Positions 24,301 through 40,200 of a stretch of DNA of 64,000 nt are shown piece by piece. Position numbers and translations under genes: made by a program. Within the stretch, counting starts at the first letter, position 1; the number at the start of each line of letters is the position of its first letter. The DNA is from the human T2T-CHM13v2.0 reference genome, Homo sapiens, in assembly GCF_009914755.1 (NCBI RefSeq), contig NC_060935.1, one strand, 5' to 3'. The notes beneath the pieces are model-generated. The model had not been told where the DNA came from, did not search any database, and worked only from the letters and a program-made list of their open reading frames with translations.

Positions 24301-27300
24301 GGCTTTGGAAAGAGGTTGAAGCTCTCCTGATTCTGTTCACGGCATCCCACACACCCCAGCAACAAGGCTGTTCTTGGATCCCTTCCTCACCCCTCCTCCT
24401 CACTTCTCCACTTTCTTTAGGTTCAATCCTCCTTCCTGACCTGACTTCTGAACCATTTTGGCCCTACACACAGGCCTAGGGCTGGCCCAGGGAACATTTG
24501 GGGCTGTGGCCACCGTTACCTGCCAGAGGCTACAGTCCCTCCCTCCTTCCCTCTATCCTTCAGAGTCGAAGCCTTGCCTGTTAGATGGGCTCCTGGTATT
24601 TGGGCCTGGGCCTCCAGGACCCAATCAGTGACAACCTGGCTCCCAGACACATGATGGCAGAAACTTGGATTCTCTGTCGCACCCCTGCCCACTTTCAGAA
24701 CTAGCACTGAGATAGGTGTACCCTATTCCTAAGTGCTGTTTCTGGGTCACCTCTTGCAGACCAACCTCTGCAGCCTCCTGCATCCCTGCAGTGGCCCCTG
24801 TGGGCTGGGGAGCGTCTCACCTGTGAGCACTAACAGTGGGACATGTCCCTGTGGGAAAGTTTGGTAACTCCTGATCTTGAACAACTCTGGTACATCATCT
24901 TCACATGAGACCTTGTTAATGAGCTGCAGGATAGGTTCACTGTAATTATGACAGATGGTTAGGTTTAAGCCCAAATTCCATTTCTTAGAAACTTCGTCAA
25001 GGTGTGAAAATGAGCCAAATAATAAAAAATGAAAAAATAAAAAATAAAAGAAAAAGAACTTTCTTTGAACTCTCCATAAAACCTTCTCTAATCACATACA
25101 ACAACTAATATTACGTCATAGAAAGAAAATTAGCTACCATTCATTAGTTGCCTTTTATAAGCTGGAGGATTTTGTTTTATTTTGTATATTCTCTATAGTT
25201 CTTAAAACAACTTTGAGAACAGGTACTATTATGCCCCTTTTATAAAGGAGGTAACCAAGGCTCAGAGAGGTTAAGTGGCTTGCATAAGGCAATGCAACCA
25301 GCAAATAGCAGAGTTGGGGTCTGAGCTCAGGTCAGTCAGGCTCCACAGCCCACAGCCTTCCCACTACACTTCGGCAATGTGCCAGAGCTGCAGTGTGCTC
25401 AGCCTGCCCTCACTGGAGGTGCCTGTGCAGGGCCTGGCCTGCTGCCTGCAATGCTGTAGAGGACTTACATGACACAGACCGGGCTAGATGGCACCTAAGC
25501 TCCTCCAGCCCTGAGATGCTAGACTGAGAGCAGTATGGGCCACACTCTTGCCCTGTCATGCCCAGTGCCTCTTGACAGAAATTCATGGTCCCCTGTAACA
25601 TGGTCTCCCCTTCCTGTGCAACTACATTTTTTCTTGATCATTCATTCATTCATTCATCCATTCACTCATCCATTCATTTGGCATCTGCCACACAATAGCC
25701 AAGGGCATGGAATGTACCCCACAGGGATGTGTAAGCCATGGATGAGGTGTCTAGAGTTCAGGTATTTAGACCTGACCATGTCTGATCCTAAGAAAAGACA
25801 AGATGAATCAAATGGGACAGGGATCAGAGGGCAAGAGGGAAAGGAATGCTTAACTCTGAAGGGGAGTGAGGACTGGGGAAAGGGTTATTGAAGGATGTCA
25901 ACAGAAAAGCGGATGAAGGGAATTCAGGCACCAGTCTGAGTCTGTATGGCAGGTTCAGAGAGAGCAGGTGAACTGATCAGGGTGGCTGCTCAGGGTGCAG
26001 GCTGGGGTCTTGGAGGCTGTGCAAGGTGCCCAGGCTGGATAGGAGCTGGGGCCAGGTGACACAGAGCCTGCATGCCATGTTTGGAAGCATGTGCTGTGCC
26101 TGGGAAGATGCTGAAAGTTTCTGAGCGAAGCAGCACTGTTTCTCCATTGATGGTGCTCTCCTCCTATCAGTCTGCCCCAATACTAGCTATTCTTTAAGGC
26201 CCAGCTCAGGGTTCTCCTCTTCCAGGAACCTCTCCTGGGTTACTCAACCCAAAATTTCCCATCTCTCAGCTCCTGGCCCATTTACTTTACTGGCCATCTT
26301 TGTGGTTAGCAGGCAGTTTCATGCCATTCTTCAATTCTTTCATGAGTCCATTCTGTCTCTCTTAAAGGATAAGATAAGACAAAATTTATGACAGAATCCT
26401 ACTCTTGAGTCCAGTCTCATTTGCATGGCTGCAAAGGGGCATCCTATGTCAGGCTGCAGGTTAGGGTCAAGCTAGGCTAGGACTCCAATCCCTGCCTGTC
26501 TCCCACACCCTGTGCTGCCACCCAGGGCCACACTCCATATCTTCTTTACATTCTTCACAGGATTTAAAGGCTTGACATTCAGTGGGCAGTTAACGGAAGT
26601 AGCTATTGTTAGATTTATTTCTGGTCAGCTGATGTCACCTCCTCCTGAGCCCTTCCTTCCCTGCCCTACATGGGGCACACACTTGCTTCTCGGTGGCATA
26701 GGAATGCCTGACTCCAAAGCTCACACCTGGGGATGGATGTGTAACCCAAGCTTGTCTTCGTTTCCTTCAAGCTCATGGTCACTTTGGCTCCTGGAAGTAA
26801 TCACAAGAAAGCCCTTCCCTTCAGTCAGCCTGGGTGTACACCACAGTGAGGCCCGGGGCACATTGGGAGGGTCCCATATCCGTGAGTTTCTACTCCTGAC
26901 ATCCCAGAGATGCTCCTCATGCCACAGCTTCTCTTGTATTGTGATGTGTAGAAATCACAGGGACAGGGTGCTCTCTAACTGCATCACCAAAGGCCCGCTG
27001 TCCCCTCCACAACAGAGCCTCTGGTGGACCCTGTTATTTGAGCCTTGATGCATGACCTATCTCATACACAATCCTGCAGGGGCAGAAAGAGAGTCTGGGG
27101 CTATGATATCCCCCGGTGGGTGGGTGAACTGCAGATGAGTGGGCTCAATCAATATATTCAGATCTGGGTTTAAATGACTCTTTGATGGCTTACTTGTGCT
27201 AGGAAAATTTATGGAGAGAAGGCTGGGCCAGCCTTCAACCCCCTACTAAGGGATGGCAGAGCCAGGCCCAGTTTGAGCCATCTCATGGAGACTTAGTGGG

Positions 27301-27699
27301 CAAGACTTTTCTGGGCTGCTCCTCCAGAACCTTTGAACAGCCATATAGTCACATTCACAGCAGCTGCCAAAGCAGGACTTTGGGATCTTGCTGATCAGGC
27401 AAAGTTTTCAGAGGAGTCAACAAACACTCTACCTTCAACTCCTCCTTTCTGGTCTCTCTGTTCCTTCTCTGACCTGTACCTCTCTGTAGCATGCACTGTG
27501 CTATATTTTACCTCAAGCTACCTGTGTAGATGACTTTCTTCCCTCCCAGACTGTGCCATCCCTGAGAGTAAAGGCTGTCCTTTTGCATCCATGTAAGTCT
27601 CATCATGTCTACGACAGGGATGTGGAATGCAGCTCCCACCTCCCTGCGGCTGCTCCAGCCAGGGACGGGGTGTAAAGTTGCTATGCAACATCTCATGGC

Positions 27700-28193
27700 A
27701 TCCATATAACTTCCTACAATATGCCCACAAGTTCTTTGATACTTCTACCTTACGTAGAGCTTAATTCCTTCCTCTTCAGTGTGGTTGGACTTGAGGACTC
27801 ACTTCTAACAAACAGAAGATGGTGGGAGTGGTGGTGCATGACTTCTGAGAGTGGCTTATTAAAGGCTTTGTAGCCTCCTCCTTGTACTCTCTCTGGGATT
27901 ACTCTCTCTGGGGCAGCAAGCTGCCATGTCATAAGGACATTCAAGTAGCCCTTGTGGAGAGGCCCATGTCGGGAGGAACTGAGGCTTCCTCCCAAAAGCC
28001 ATGGGGGTGAAAAGGCCTAGAAGACCCAAACCACCCTTCACATGATTTCCTGAGAGACCCTGAGCTCGAACCATCCAGCTAAGCCATTCCTGGATTACTG
28101 ACCCTCAGAAACTTTATGAGATCAAAAATATTTATTGCCATTTACATGGCTAAGTTTTGGAGTAATTTGTTACAAGCAACAAATTCTAATACA
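27700..28193 (+). mobile_element. MaLR solo LTR (MLT1F-like)
   Basis: gactcacttctaac...agcaagctgccatgt...aggaactgaggc...ctaagttttggagtaatttgttacaagcaac...aataca. Confidence 0.8.
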
Positions 28194-30640
28194 AACCCCA
28201 ATCAGAAAATTTTCTCTTCTCATCAAAAAGGGTTTAAAATACTTGTGTCATCTCAGCAAGACAGAAAATACTGGTGTAAGCAGAGCACAGAAGTTCAAGT
28301 TTCCAGCAGAGCTGCAGCATGACCTTAATGGAGAGAAGTCATACTCTGTTGTAAGAAACAGGGTGAATGGTCTGCAGCCTTCTTTAGAAGGTAGCAAAAC
28401 CTCCAGTGCAGCAAAGCTGATAAAGATGCACCTGCCTTGGATCCAGGTCATAAGCAGAAAAAAGAAACACAGGCCATCACAGAAGAAAATGATGTCTCAG
28501 AGCACACAGCACATGCAAGCCTTTCGGAAGTGCAGACAGAGGTTAACAGGGTGAGAGAAAACATGGAACCTGGGCCAGATGATGATGATGAGTTACTAGA
28601 AAGAGAACTGGCTCTGGAGTGAGATACATCCATCCTAGCTCTAACCCATGGGCCAGGTCTTGCCTGCTCTGAACACTGGTGAACTCATTTGTAAAGGATT
28701 TACATACGGCCTACTCATAGAATTGATGTGGGGGTTAAATAAGAAAGAATGTAAAGCAGTTTCTTTAGTTGAAGAGGACCTGGACATTCATATCAGAAGA
28801 ATTACAAAGCCCATGGTAGACACGTGCATAATAAATGTATTTGACTTTCATTACAGAGTCGTTTATTCAAGAAAAATTATTGCATTTCTTCTGTGCTCCA
28901 GACACGGAGCTAGAAATGCAGTATGTACAGAGAGATGAAGATCTTCCCTCCACAGACCTTGTTGTCAGGTGGGGAGAGATCAACAATTACACAGATAATC
29001 AAATATCTGTGATAGCTATTGTTATACTTCTGAATGCTGAAGTCAACATTCTGGTGCCCAGAGTGGGCAAAATTTGGGCAGCAGCTTCCAGCGCCAGGCT
29101 TCTTTCTGAGCGCATTTCAAGTTAGACTTGGACAAAGTAGCATTCAATGAATGCCTGATTAATTGAATCTCCAATACTGAGTACCCACTATAAACAGATG
29201 TTCCTTTTTTAAGACCTTGTTCCACTTAAGCACAGTTGCTTGCAGTCATTCAACGGGAGATACTGAAAGAGCAATTATAGAGGGAGAGCCTGAAGACAGC
29301 CTGTCACTGATGAGGCCAGGCCCCAGAAGAGGGAGGGAGGGAGCCAACAGGAGTGCGCGGGGCGGCAGGGGGCGGGGGGTGGGGTTTGGCCCTGGAAAGT
29401 GTTGTAAAAGAACAGAGGGGAGGCTGTGCTTTCATTGCTAATTTGAAAAACGCTGACATTTACAAGAAACAAGGAAATAGAATTATATAAGGAACAAGTT
29501 TTACTGCTGTGAAGAACATCTGCATATGTTAATTGGTACAAATCGTTTCTTGATAAGAGCAGAGACTTAGGATAATGGATTGCTGCCAACTATGATCATA
29601 CAAAAATTCAATTTTTCTGTTCATAAGGGAAGAGGAATTTATTTATTATGTATCTAAGTATTTATTATTTATTATGTGTCTAAATCCTGGGAAAATAAAA
29701 TTCTTTTCCCATCTTCTTTATAAAATTTTTTTGACATTCCTCGACTGCTTTACAAAGGAAGAAGACAGTGCTTTTAAGTCTTAAGGGTCTAAAGTCTTCC
29801 TACAGATTTTCGTAGGTGATTTATGTTGCCGTGGAAACATGTTAAGTCTCCGTTCAAAAATCTTGTCTACATTTGTTATTGTAAAATGTTTCTGAAGAAG
29901 GGAAACCATCTCCTTCGTGCACTCTGATGGAGGCAGTCACTGAATGCTGTCGGTTGCCAAGCTATTGTCAGGAGGTGGTTAATGGAAGTAGGATCTATAG
30001 ATTAAAAAGAAAGAACAACCTGGGGCCTAGAGGGTTGCAAGTGGCATAGAGAGCTTCTGTCTCCTTTTAGAAGGTAGTGGAAGATTGCTTTCTCCTGGCC
30101 AGAAATGACTGGGCCGAGAGAGGAGCTTGAAGATCTATGTATGTGTACATGCTTGTGCGCAGCTCTCAGTTTCTTTTGTGTGAGAGGGAGAAAAAAGTAT
30201 TGCATAGAGAATGCCAGTATTCTAATTATTTAGGATCATTTTTCTCCTCCGTTAATATCCAGTAAGTACATGTATACCACGGATGATGATTTTATAAAAT
30301 GAGGAAAGCACATACTTGGACGAAAAATGGTCAAGTATATAAAGAAAAGTTTGAAGCTAATGTGAGTAGATAATTAATAGAAAAGAATGCTCCCTCTCTC
30401 TTACATAGAAAGATTTGTATGGGTAACATCTGGCAATGATAGGTGTCAAGGTTTGGGCCCCTGTACTAGGTAAATGGCTCATTCTGCATATAGCTGCTAT
30501 CTAAGTCTAGTTATGGGTGGCCTACAGCTTAGAGGCCCTTGTGCATCTGGGAAACAATGTCTCATTCAAAGAAAGTCCACAGGCACAATGTGTATAAAAC
30601 CATGAGGATGGATAGTTAAAAATGAAAACTGCTCAAACTA

Positions 30641-30947
30641 GGCTGGGCACCGTGGCTCAAGCCTATGATCCCAGCACCCTGGGAGGCCAAGGCCGGCAGA
30701 TCTCTTGAGGCCAGGAGTTCGAGACCAGCCTGGCCAACATGGTAAAACCCCCTCTCTACCAAAATACAAAAATTAGCCAGGTGTGGTGGCGGGTGCTTGT
30801 AATCCCAGCTACTCAGGAGGCTGAGGCAGGAGAATGGCTTGAACCTGGGAGGCGGAGGTTACAGTGAGCCAAGATCATGCCTCTGTGCTGCAGTCTGGGC
30901 AACAGAGCAAGACTGTCTCCAAAAAAAAAAAAAAAAAAAAAAAAAAA
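30641..30947 (+). mobile_element. AluS
   Basis: Full dimer with long A-tail; flanking ctcaaacta repeated on both sides. Confidence 0.95.
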
Positions 30948-31661
30948 CCCAAAAACTCAAACTAGGAGTCAGTTTGATTCTACACAAATTAATTTCAATT
31001 GCAGTATTTATTAGAAACTGTAGGAAGAAAAATGGTGCAAAATAAGAAAACTTACGGTTGGCCGAGGTGGAGGATAAGAGTGGGGGAGTGTGAGAGTTAA
31101 GACAAGTACACTTACAAATATACCTCAAGTAGAAAGAAATAAGAGATAGATGAGAAGTGATAGGTTGTAAGAAAACTTCCCCATAACCATTTCCCCGTCA
31201 CTGTCAGGGTTTACCAGTCCTAGGAATGCTGGGGTGGTTGTGCCACAAGGCCATAGAGTTCTCAGTTGAGATTGAGGAGAGAAGGCTACGCTCTTTTGGT
31301 TAGCTGGGTCCCCAACGATCTGTGTCTGTCCTTGCAGAAAGATGGTTCCCTAGACTGGAAATGGAAATGTTGAAGGCAGAAAAGCCCTGAAAGGTGGGAG
31401 GGAGTGTTGCTCCTTCGGGGGTAACCTAGAGTTCTGACAGTATACTCTGTAAAAACTGCGAAGGACACAGTACGGTACATCTAGTGAAGTACTCCATAAA
31501 CCTAAGTTTCTGCTTTTTTTTTTTTTTTTTGAAAAAAGTGCTTAATGTGTTTTAAACAAAGCTGGCACTAAAAATAACATCATTTTATGACTTCTTGAGA
31601 ACCATGCTAATTTACTCTTTAAAATATTTTATAAGGGAATACTGGGAACAACTCGATGTCA

Positions 31662-32702
<1,041 letters not shown>

Positions 32703-32744
32703 TCAGGTACAGAAATTGAATTCACAATTTTAAATCTTTTTTTA

Positions 32745-33456
32745 AAATCTGTACATATCTTTTTTATTTGTTATTTATTTATTTTTTAAGTTCAAGGGTA
32801 CATGTACAGTTTGTCACAGGGGTTTGTTGTACAGATTATTTCATCACCCACGTATTAAGTCTAGTACTCACTGGTTATTTTTCCTGATCCTCTCCCTCTT
32901 CCCACCTTCCACCTTCTGATAGGCCCCAGTGTGTGCTGTACCCCTCTATGTGTTCATGTGTTCTCATTATTTAGCTTCCACTTATAAGTGAGAACATGCA
33001 GTATTTGGTTTTCTGTTTGTGAGTTAGTTTGCTAAGGATAATGGCCTCCAGCTCCATCCATGTCCCTGCAAAGGACATAAAAAAAGAAATATGTATCACA
33101 TTTTCTTTATCCAGTCAATCATTGATGGGCATTTAGGTTGGTTCCATGTCTTTGCTATTGTGAATAGTGCTGCGGTGAACATATACAGGCATGCGTCTTT
33201 ATAACAGAATGATTTATATTCCTTTGGGTATATATCCAGTAATGGGATTGCTGGGTTGAATGGTATTTCTGTCTTTAGGTCTCTAAGGAATTGTCTTCCA
33301 CAATGGTTGAGCTAATTCACATTCCCACCAACAGTGTATGGGCATTCCTTTTTCTCCTCTACCTCACCAGCATCTGTTATTTTTTGACCTTTTAATAACT
33401 GCCATTCTGACTGCCATGAGATGGTATCTCATTTTGGTATTGATGTGCATTTCTCT
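32745..33456 (-). mobile_element. Older L1PA (about L1PA13-16) 3' fragment, same sense as MAP6
   Basis: T-rich tail, gtacagattatttcatcaccca...cccacttataagtgagaacatgc...gctattgtgaatagtgctgc...tggtatctcatt; nested in the L1M. Confidence 0.85.
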
Positions 33457-33522
33457 TAGTAATTTAAAATCTTTACACAAAGAAAGTCTGATGCTTGATG
33501 GCTTCACTGGTGAATTCTATCA

Positions 33523-33941
<419 letters not shown>

Positions 33942-34245
33942 TCATTTTAAGAGGACAGCATTTCCCTGATGCCCTGATACCAAGCCAGTCAAAGACACTG
34001 CAAGAAAAGAAAACTACAGGCTAATATTCCTCATGAATACAGATGTGGAAACTCTTAAAAAAATATTTGCAAATCAAATCCAGCAACATAAAAAGATTTA
34101 AACACCAGGACAAAGTAAAGTTTATCCCAGGAGTACAAGCTCAGTTTAACATTCCAAATCAATTAGGATAATACATCATACAGTAACAGAATAAAGAACA
34201 AAAACCATATGATCATCTCAATATTCTTAGAAAAAGCATGTGACA

Positions 34246-34571
<326 letters not shown>

Positions 34572-34590
34572 TCATGATAAAAAGAAATAT

Positions 34591-34742
34591 TGCTGGGAGT
34601 GGTGGCTCACTCTTGTAATTCCAGCATGTTGGAAGGCCAAGGCAGGCAGATCAGTTGAGGCCAGGAGTTCAAGACCAACCTTGCCAACATAATGAAACCC
34701 TATCTTTACTTAAAAAAAAAGAAAGAAAGAAAGAAAAAGAAA
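34591..34742 (+). mobile_element. Alu left monomer with (GAAA)n tail
   Basis: gctgggagtggtggctcac...tgaaaccctatctttactt then A/GAAA run. Confidence 0.85.
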
Positions 34743-34925
34743 CATCATCAATCTAGCAATAGAGGGGAACTCCCTCAACTTACTAGAGGATATCTACAAA
34801 AACCCTACAACAAACATAATACTCAATGGTAAAAGACCAAATGCTTTCCCCCTAAGATCAGGAACAAAGTAAGGATGCCCACTTTCAACACTTCTATTCA
34901 ACATTCTGTGACAGTCATAGTCAGT

Positions 34926-35156
34926 ATAATAAAACAAGAAAAGAAGTTAAAGGCATACAGATTAGAAAAGAAGACACAAAGCTGTCATTATCTGCATATA
35001 ACATAACCTTGCATTTAGAAAATACTCAGGAATTGGCCGGGTAATCCATAATAAAACAAGAAAAGAAGTTAAAGGCATACAGATTAGAAAAGAAGACACA
35101 AAACTGTCATTATTTGCATATAACATAATCTTGCATTTAGAAAATACTCAGGAATT

Positions 35157-35169
<13 letters not shown>
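34926..35169 (+). repeat. Tandem duplication, 2 x 122 bp
   Basis: 34926-35047 and 35048-35169 align without gaps, 5 mismatches by eye. Confidence 0.93.
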
Positions 35170-35510
<341 letters not shown>

Positions 35511-35625
35511 CTAGATCAATACATAAAAATTAATTGTACATCTACATACTAGTAACAGACAATGGGAATATAAAATTTTAAAAGTTCATTCACAATAATA
35601 TCAAGCAGAATACAATAGGAATAAG

Positions 35626-35807
<182 letters not shown>

Positions 35808-36227
35808 AGTAATAAATGTAAAAAAAGAAGTGCAATGGCTGTACACTGAAAACTACATAATGCTGCTGAGAGAGATTGAAGAAATATTATAAATAAAGAG
35901 ATACACCATATTCATATACTGCAAGAGTCAACATTGTTAAGATGGCAACTCTCTAGAAATTGATCTATAAATTCGAAGCAACTAATATCAAAATCCCAGC
36001 AGGACTCTTTGTAGAAAATGACAAGCTGATCTTAAAATTTATAGGGAAATGCAAAAGATCTAGAATTGCCAAAACAATTTTGAATAGGAGAAACAAAGTA
36101 TGAGGATTTACACTACCTGATTTCAAAACTTATGAAGCTACTGTAATCAGTCAGTGTGTTACTCACATAAGGATAGACATATAGATCTATGAACGGAATA
36201 GAGTGTTCAGAAATAGATCTTTGCATA

Positions 36228-36447
36228 CAGAAGTGTGCTAAAGCTGGCTCACACTGGCTTACAGAAATAATTGTTAAATTTTCAGGAATTTAATGAACCG
36301 ATTGTTAAATTATTGGTAGCTTGAAAGCATCCATGTGACAGTATTCATATCAGGAAATTGGCTAACACTGTAAATAGGACAAATAAGGCCCTTTTTTTTT
36401 CCAGATAGTGGGAAAAAGTTATTAAACATTTATCATCATACCATTGG
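36228..36447. mobile_element. MER63A-like hAT-Blackjack MITE
   Basis: cagaagtgtgctaaagctggctcacactggct...ttgttaaattttcaggaattt...taaacatttatcatcataccattg; same family ends as 55308-56690. Confidence 0.7.
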
Positions 36448-37118
36448 CTCACATATATGGTCAATTTATTTTTGACAAAAAGATGGAAATAGCTTAAATG
36501 TCCATCAACTAATGAATAGACAAAATGAGTGTATCCATATAATGGAATACTACTTAGCAACAAAAAGAAATGAACCAATATGGATGACTCTTAAAAAGCA
36601 TGCTAAATGAAAGAAGGCTAACAGAATATACCACATATTGTATGATTCCAACTATATGAAAATTCTAGAAAAGGCAAACTGTAGAAACAGAAAGATCAGT
36701 GGTTGCCGAGGCTTGTGAGTGAGAGGGAGGATGCTAAAACTGTCTTTCAGAGACGGCTGCACCAATGTATAATTTTACTAAATCTCATGAAAATATACAC
36801 TTAAAAGGGGTGCATTTTATGTTATGTGAATGATACCTCAATAAAGCTGTTTAAAAATCCAGCTGGAACATCTCCTTTCCTGACACCCCTCCCTTTGCAA
36901 GGAGGTGATCCCTGCCTCCTCTGATGCTCACCTTCTTTGTCTGACTTATACTGTGATCTTTGTTATTTGTTTCCAAGCTCATCTGTGGGGCCTAGGAGAG
37001 CAGAGGTGGCATCTGACCCATCTCTGCGTCCCTGGTGCCTGGTTTGGAGGCTGGCATGTTTCAGCATGCACTCAAGTCAGTGTTACTGAACCAACGAATA
37101 AACACCTTTGTCTTACGT

Positions 37119-37215
37119 TTTTTTTGAGATGGAGTCTCGCTCTGTCGCCCAGGCTGGAGTGCAGTGGCGCTATCTCGGCTCACTGCAACTTCTGCCTCCC
37201 GGGTTCAAGCAATTC
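37119..37215 (-). mobile_element. Alu right-arm 3' fragment
   Basis: tttttttgagatggagtctcgctctgtcgcccagg...gggttcaagcaattc, then abrupt end. Confidence 0.9.
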
Positions 37216-40200
37216 ATCCATGATGAAAGTGGCATGAAATACCACTTCTATTGCATTTTGTGCTGCTTTTGATTCTTGTTGCTACTGATTCCCTGGAAGT
37301 GATGCTGATGAAGCCCGGCTGCCCACACTGAGACCCTTGGCTGCCCACACTGTCTCACCTGCGGTGGCCAGAGCTCTGGGGTGCATCAGGGATGTGCAGC
37401 CAGGCCAGCAGCGGGTGGGCAGTCTGGTGAGTGAATCATGGACTTCATTTACCCAGGCCCAACTAACCTTCTCTGGCTTCGATATCTCTCTTTCTTTTCA
37501 CATTGTAATTTTACTTTCGGCAAGCTTTTCAGCAACCTGCTAACTCTAGGAGAAGTAATAGACATGCTCAGAGGTGTCAGTGTCTGAGAAAATGTGAGAC
37601 TTGTTTTTCAGGCCATGAAATCCAGAGAGGCTTCCTCAGAAATGGGATGTGGAATTTCATCATGAAGCTGTAGCACAAAACTTGCCTGGGCTGGGACCCA
37701 GGGTGACAGTGATGTGCTGTGGCCAGCACCTCAGAGGCCAATTGCTCAGGGTGGCTGCACCACTTCCTTAATTCCTCTCTATGCCAGAGGGGTGGGCGGC
37801 ACTTACATGCACTCACTCTCTCACCATCAGCACAGCCCAGTAAGGCTGGAGGCCCCCTGGCTCCCAGAGAGGTTCAAGGTCTTCCCTGAAGTGTCATGGC
37901 CAGTCAGGGCCTGACTGGAACCCAGGCCCATCCAACTCCGTATCTCAAGCTCCACGAGCTGCCCTGTAGATGCCTGAAGCATGTTCATTAGCCTGTGTCT
38001 GCATGAACTATCCCTGCCTTGAATTTTCTGCTTCTCTTTTCTACCCGAGATGCAACTTAAATATAGGCCAAAAAAGGGAGTAGATAGAAAAAGGCTAAGG
38101 GCACAAGTCAGCATAATGCATAGACCCATCAGGAGAATAGTCATGTTCTTTCGAAAGGCATGATCACCTTCACAGCACGTCCCTACCTGGCTCCAGGCTC
38201 ATATTCCAATGGACAACAAGTGCCTACTGAACACACTTTGCACACAGCAGGTGCTCAGCCTACATAGTAAGCATTGTTTCATGCCGCTGGGCCTCTGCTG
38301 GCGATTCTGTTCAACACGCATTGAGGATGCATCCTAGAGTAACAAAAAGATGTGAACTGGCCTCTAACAATGTTCAGCTGAGTGGGGCAGTAAGCCTCAC
38401 TCAACACAAAGAAAACAAAAGTACACACCAGAGCCTGGGGAGAGCAGGTGCTCTGGGAGTTCAAGGGCCTCGCCGAGGAATCTCAGGGCAGTTTTAGAAG
38501 AGTAGGGATTTTCAGGCAGGGAAGGAGAGGCACTGACATTTCTGCAATCCTTCCCTCCCAGCATTCATAAGAAGATCATCCCCACAAACTCATTAGCACA
38601 GCCACAGCGCTTGGAGTCATCTTTAGAGGCATTTTCCAGGCAGCCTGGGATGGCAGGTCCAAGCCCATCATGTCATGTGCATTCAGCTGAGCAAACAAAG
38701 CCCTTGAAAACACCTAGTCTTTGGGGGAAGCAATTAATATTTCAAAGGAAGCCTCCTTCGCATCAGCACCCTGCATTCTTTATCTGTCAGCTATGCAGGT
38801 GGTCAGGCTGGCATCCTGAGACTGAGGGGGAGAGAAGAGAAGAGGATGTTGGGGCCTACAGTGTGCACCAGATGCTGCACAAACATGCCCTCAATCCCCA
38901 CACAGTGCCACCAGGCAGGGACCTCCCCTCATTCTAATGAGAAAACCAAAGCCCAGAGAGGTGAGCGATTTGCTCAAGGGCACACAGCTAACAAACAGGA
39001 GGACCAGAACTCAAATTCAAGAGTGAACCATTAACTTCAGATCTGACACTTTCCTACTGTTCTACAGCAATCAGTTTCTGTACAGAAAACAAAAAACAAA
39101 CAAACAAAAAGAATCCCACAACTTTTTTCTCTTACTTAAATATCAAAATAAAATTTGGTACCAATCACATGCACAAATTACAGTACCAGAAGGGAGGCAC
39201 ACTTCTGCCATGGTTGAAAATAGGCTTGGCCTGATTAAAAGACCTCTGTTAATTCCTCATCTGGAGGATCAAGGCCAGACTCCCCAGCCAGACCACGGGT
39301 CCAGTCCAGCACAGCCCACTTCTGTAGGCCCATTGCCTCCCACTCTCGTCCTCTGAGTAGCTTATCTACATCCCTGGTCTTTGCTTATATTGCTCTCTTT
39401 CTAGAATGCTCTCCCAGGCCCCATGCTCTTTGCTTGACCTCACACGTATCACCTCTGTGAGCCATCACTGACCCCTAAGACAGGATGAAAACTCTCACTC
39501 CAGCTTCCACACGGCATCCCAGTCTGCTGCAGTCATCTCTTGACAAGCATATATCCTCTCTGAACTGGATGCCCTAGAGGACAGGAGCGTATCTGAGCCT
39601 AGCCCAGCACAGAGCAGGCACTGAGAAAAGGCTTGCTGAGTGAATATGACTGCATAAGAATCATGGAGTAGCAGAGCTGGACAGACATCTGAACACTTTC
39701 ATTTTATAGCTAAGAATTATATGAAGGCCAGTAGAGGCAAAGAAGGTGGAGCGGTAAGGAGGGACCACACACTGGAGCTCAGGCTTGACCCTGGAAGCAG
39801 CAGGAGCCACTCAAGACCTAAGAGCAGAGGAGTGACGTGATGATGTGGCCCGGGAGGTATTTTGTTTTGGTGACTCAGACCACTTTGGGGCAATAAGAGG
39901 CTGGGATAGGGAGAGACTGGAGGCTGCAGATTCAAGTATGTTTTATTTAATAATAATCTAAATTACAAACTTAGTGTCACTTCTGCTAATAAATTATTTA
40001 AGGCATTTATTGAGTGCCTGCAGCAATTATAATATCGGTACCCTTTACTGAGGGCCCACTGTGTATCAGGTGCTTTGCATTCATTACTTAATTTAAATCT
40101 CAGAGCCACCTTTTGAGTTAGGCACTATTACTTTCTGTTTTATGGATGAGGAAACTAAGCTCAGAGAGGTGAGGTTACTCATCTAGGGCCTCAGAGAGAC

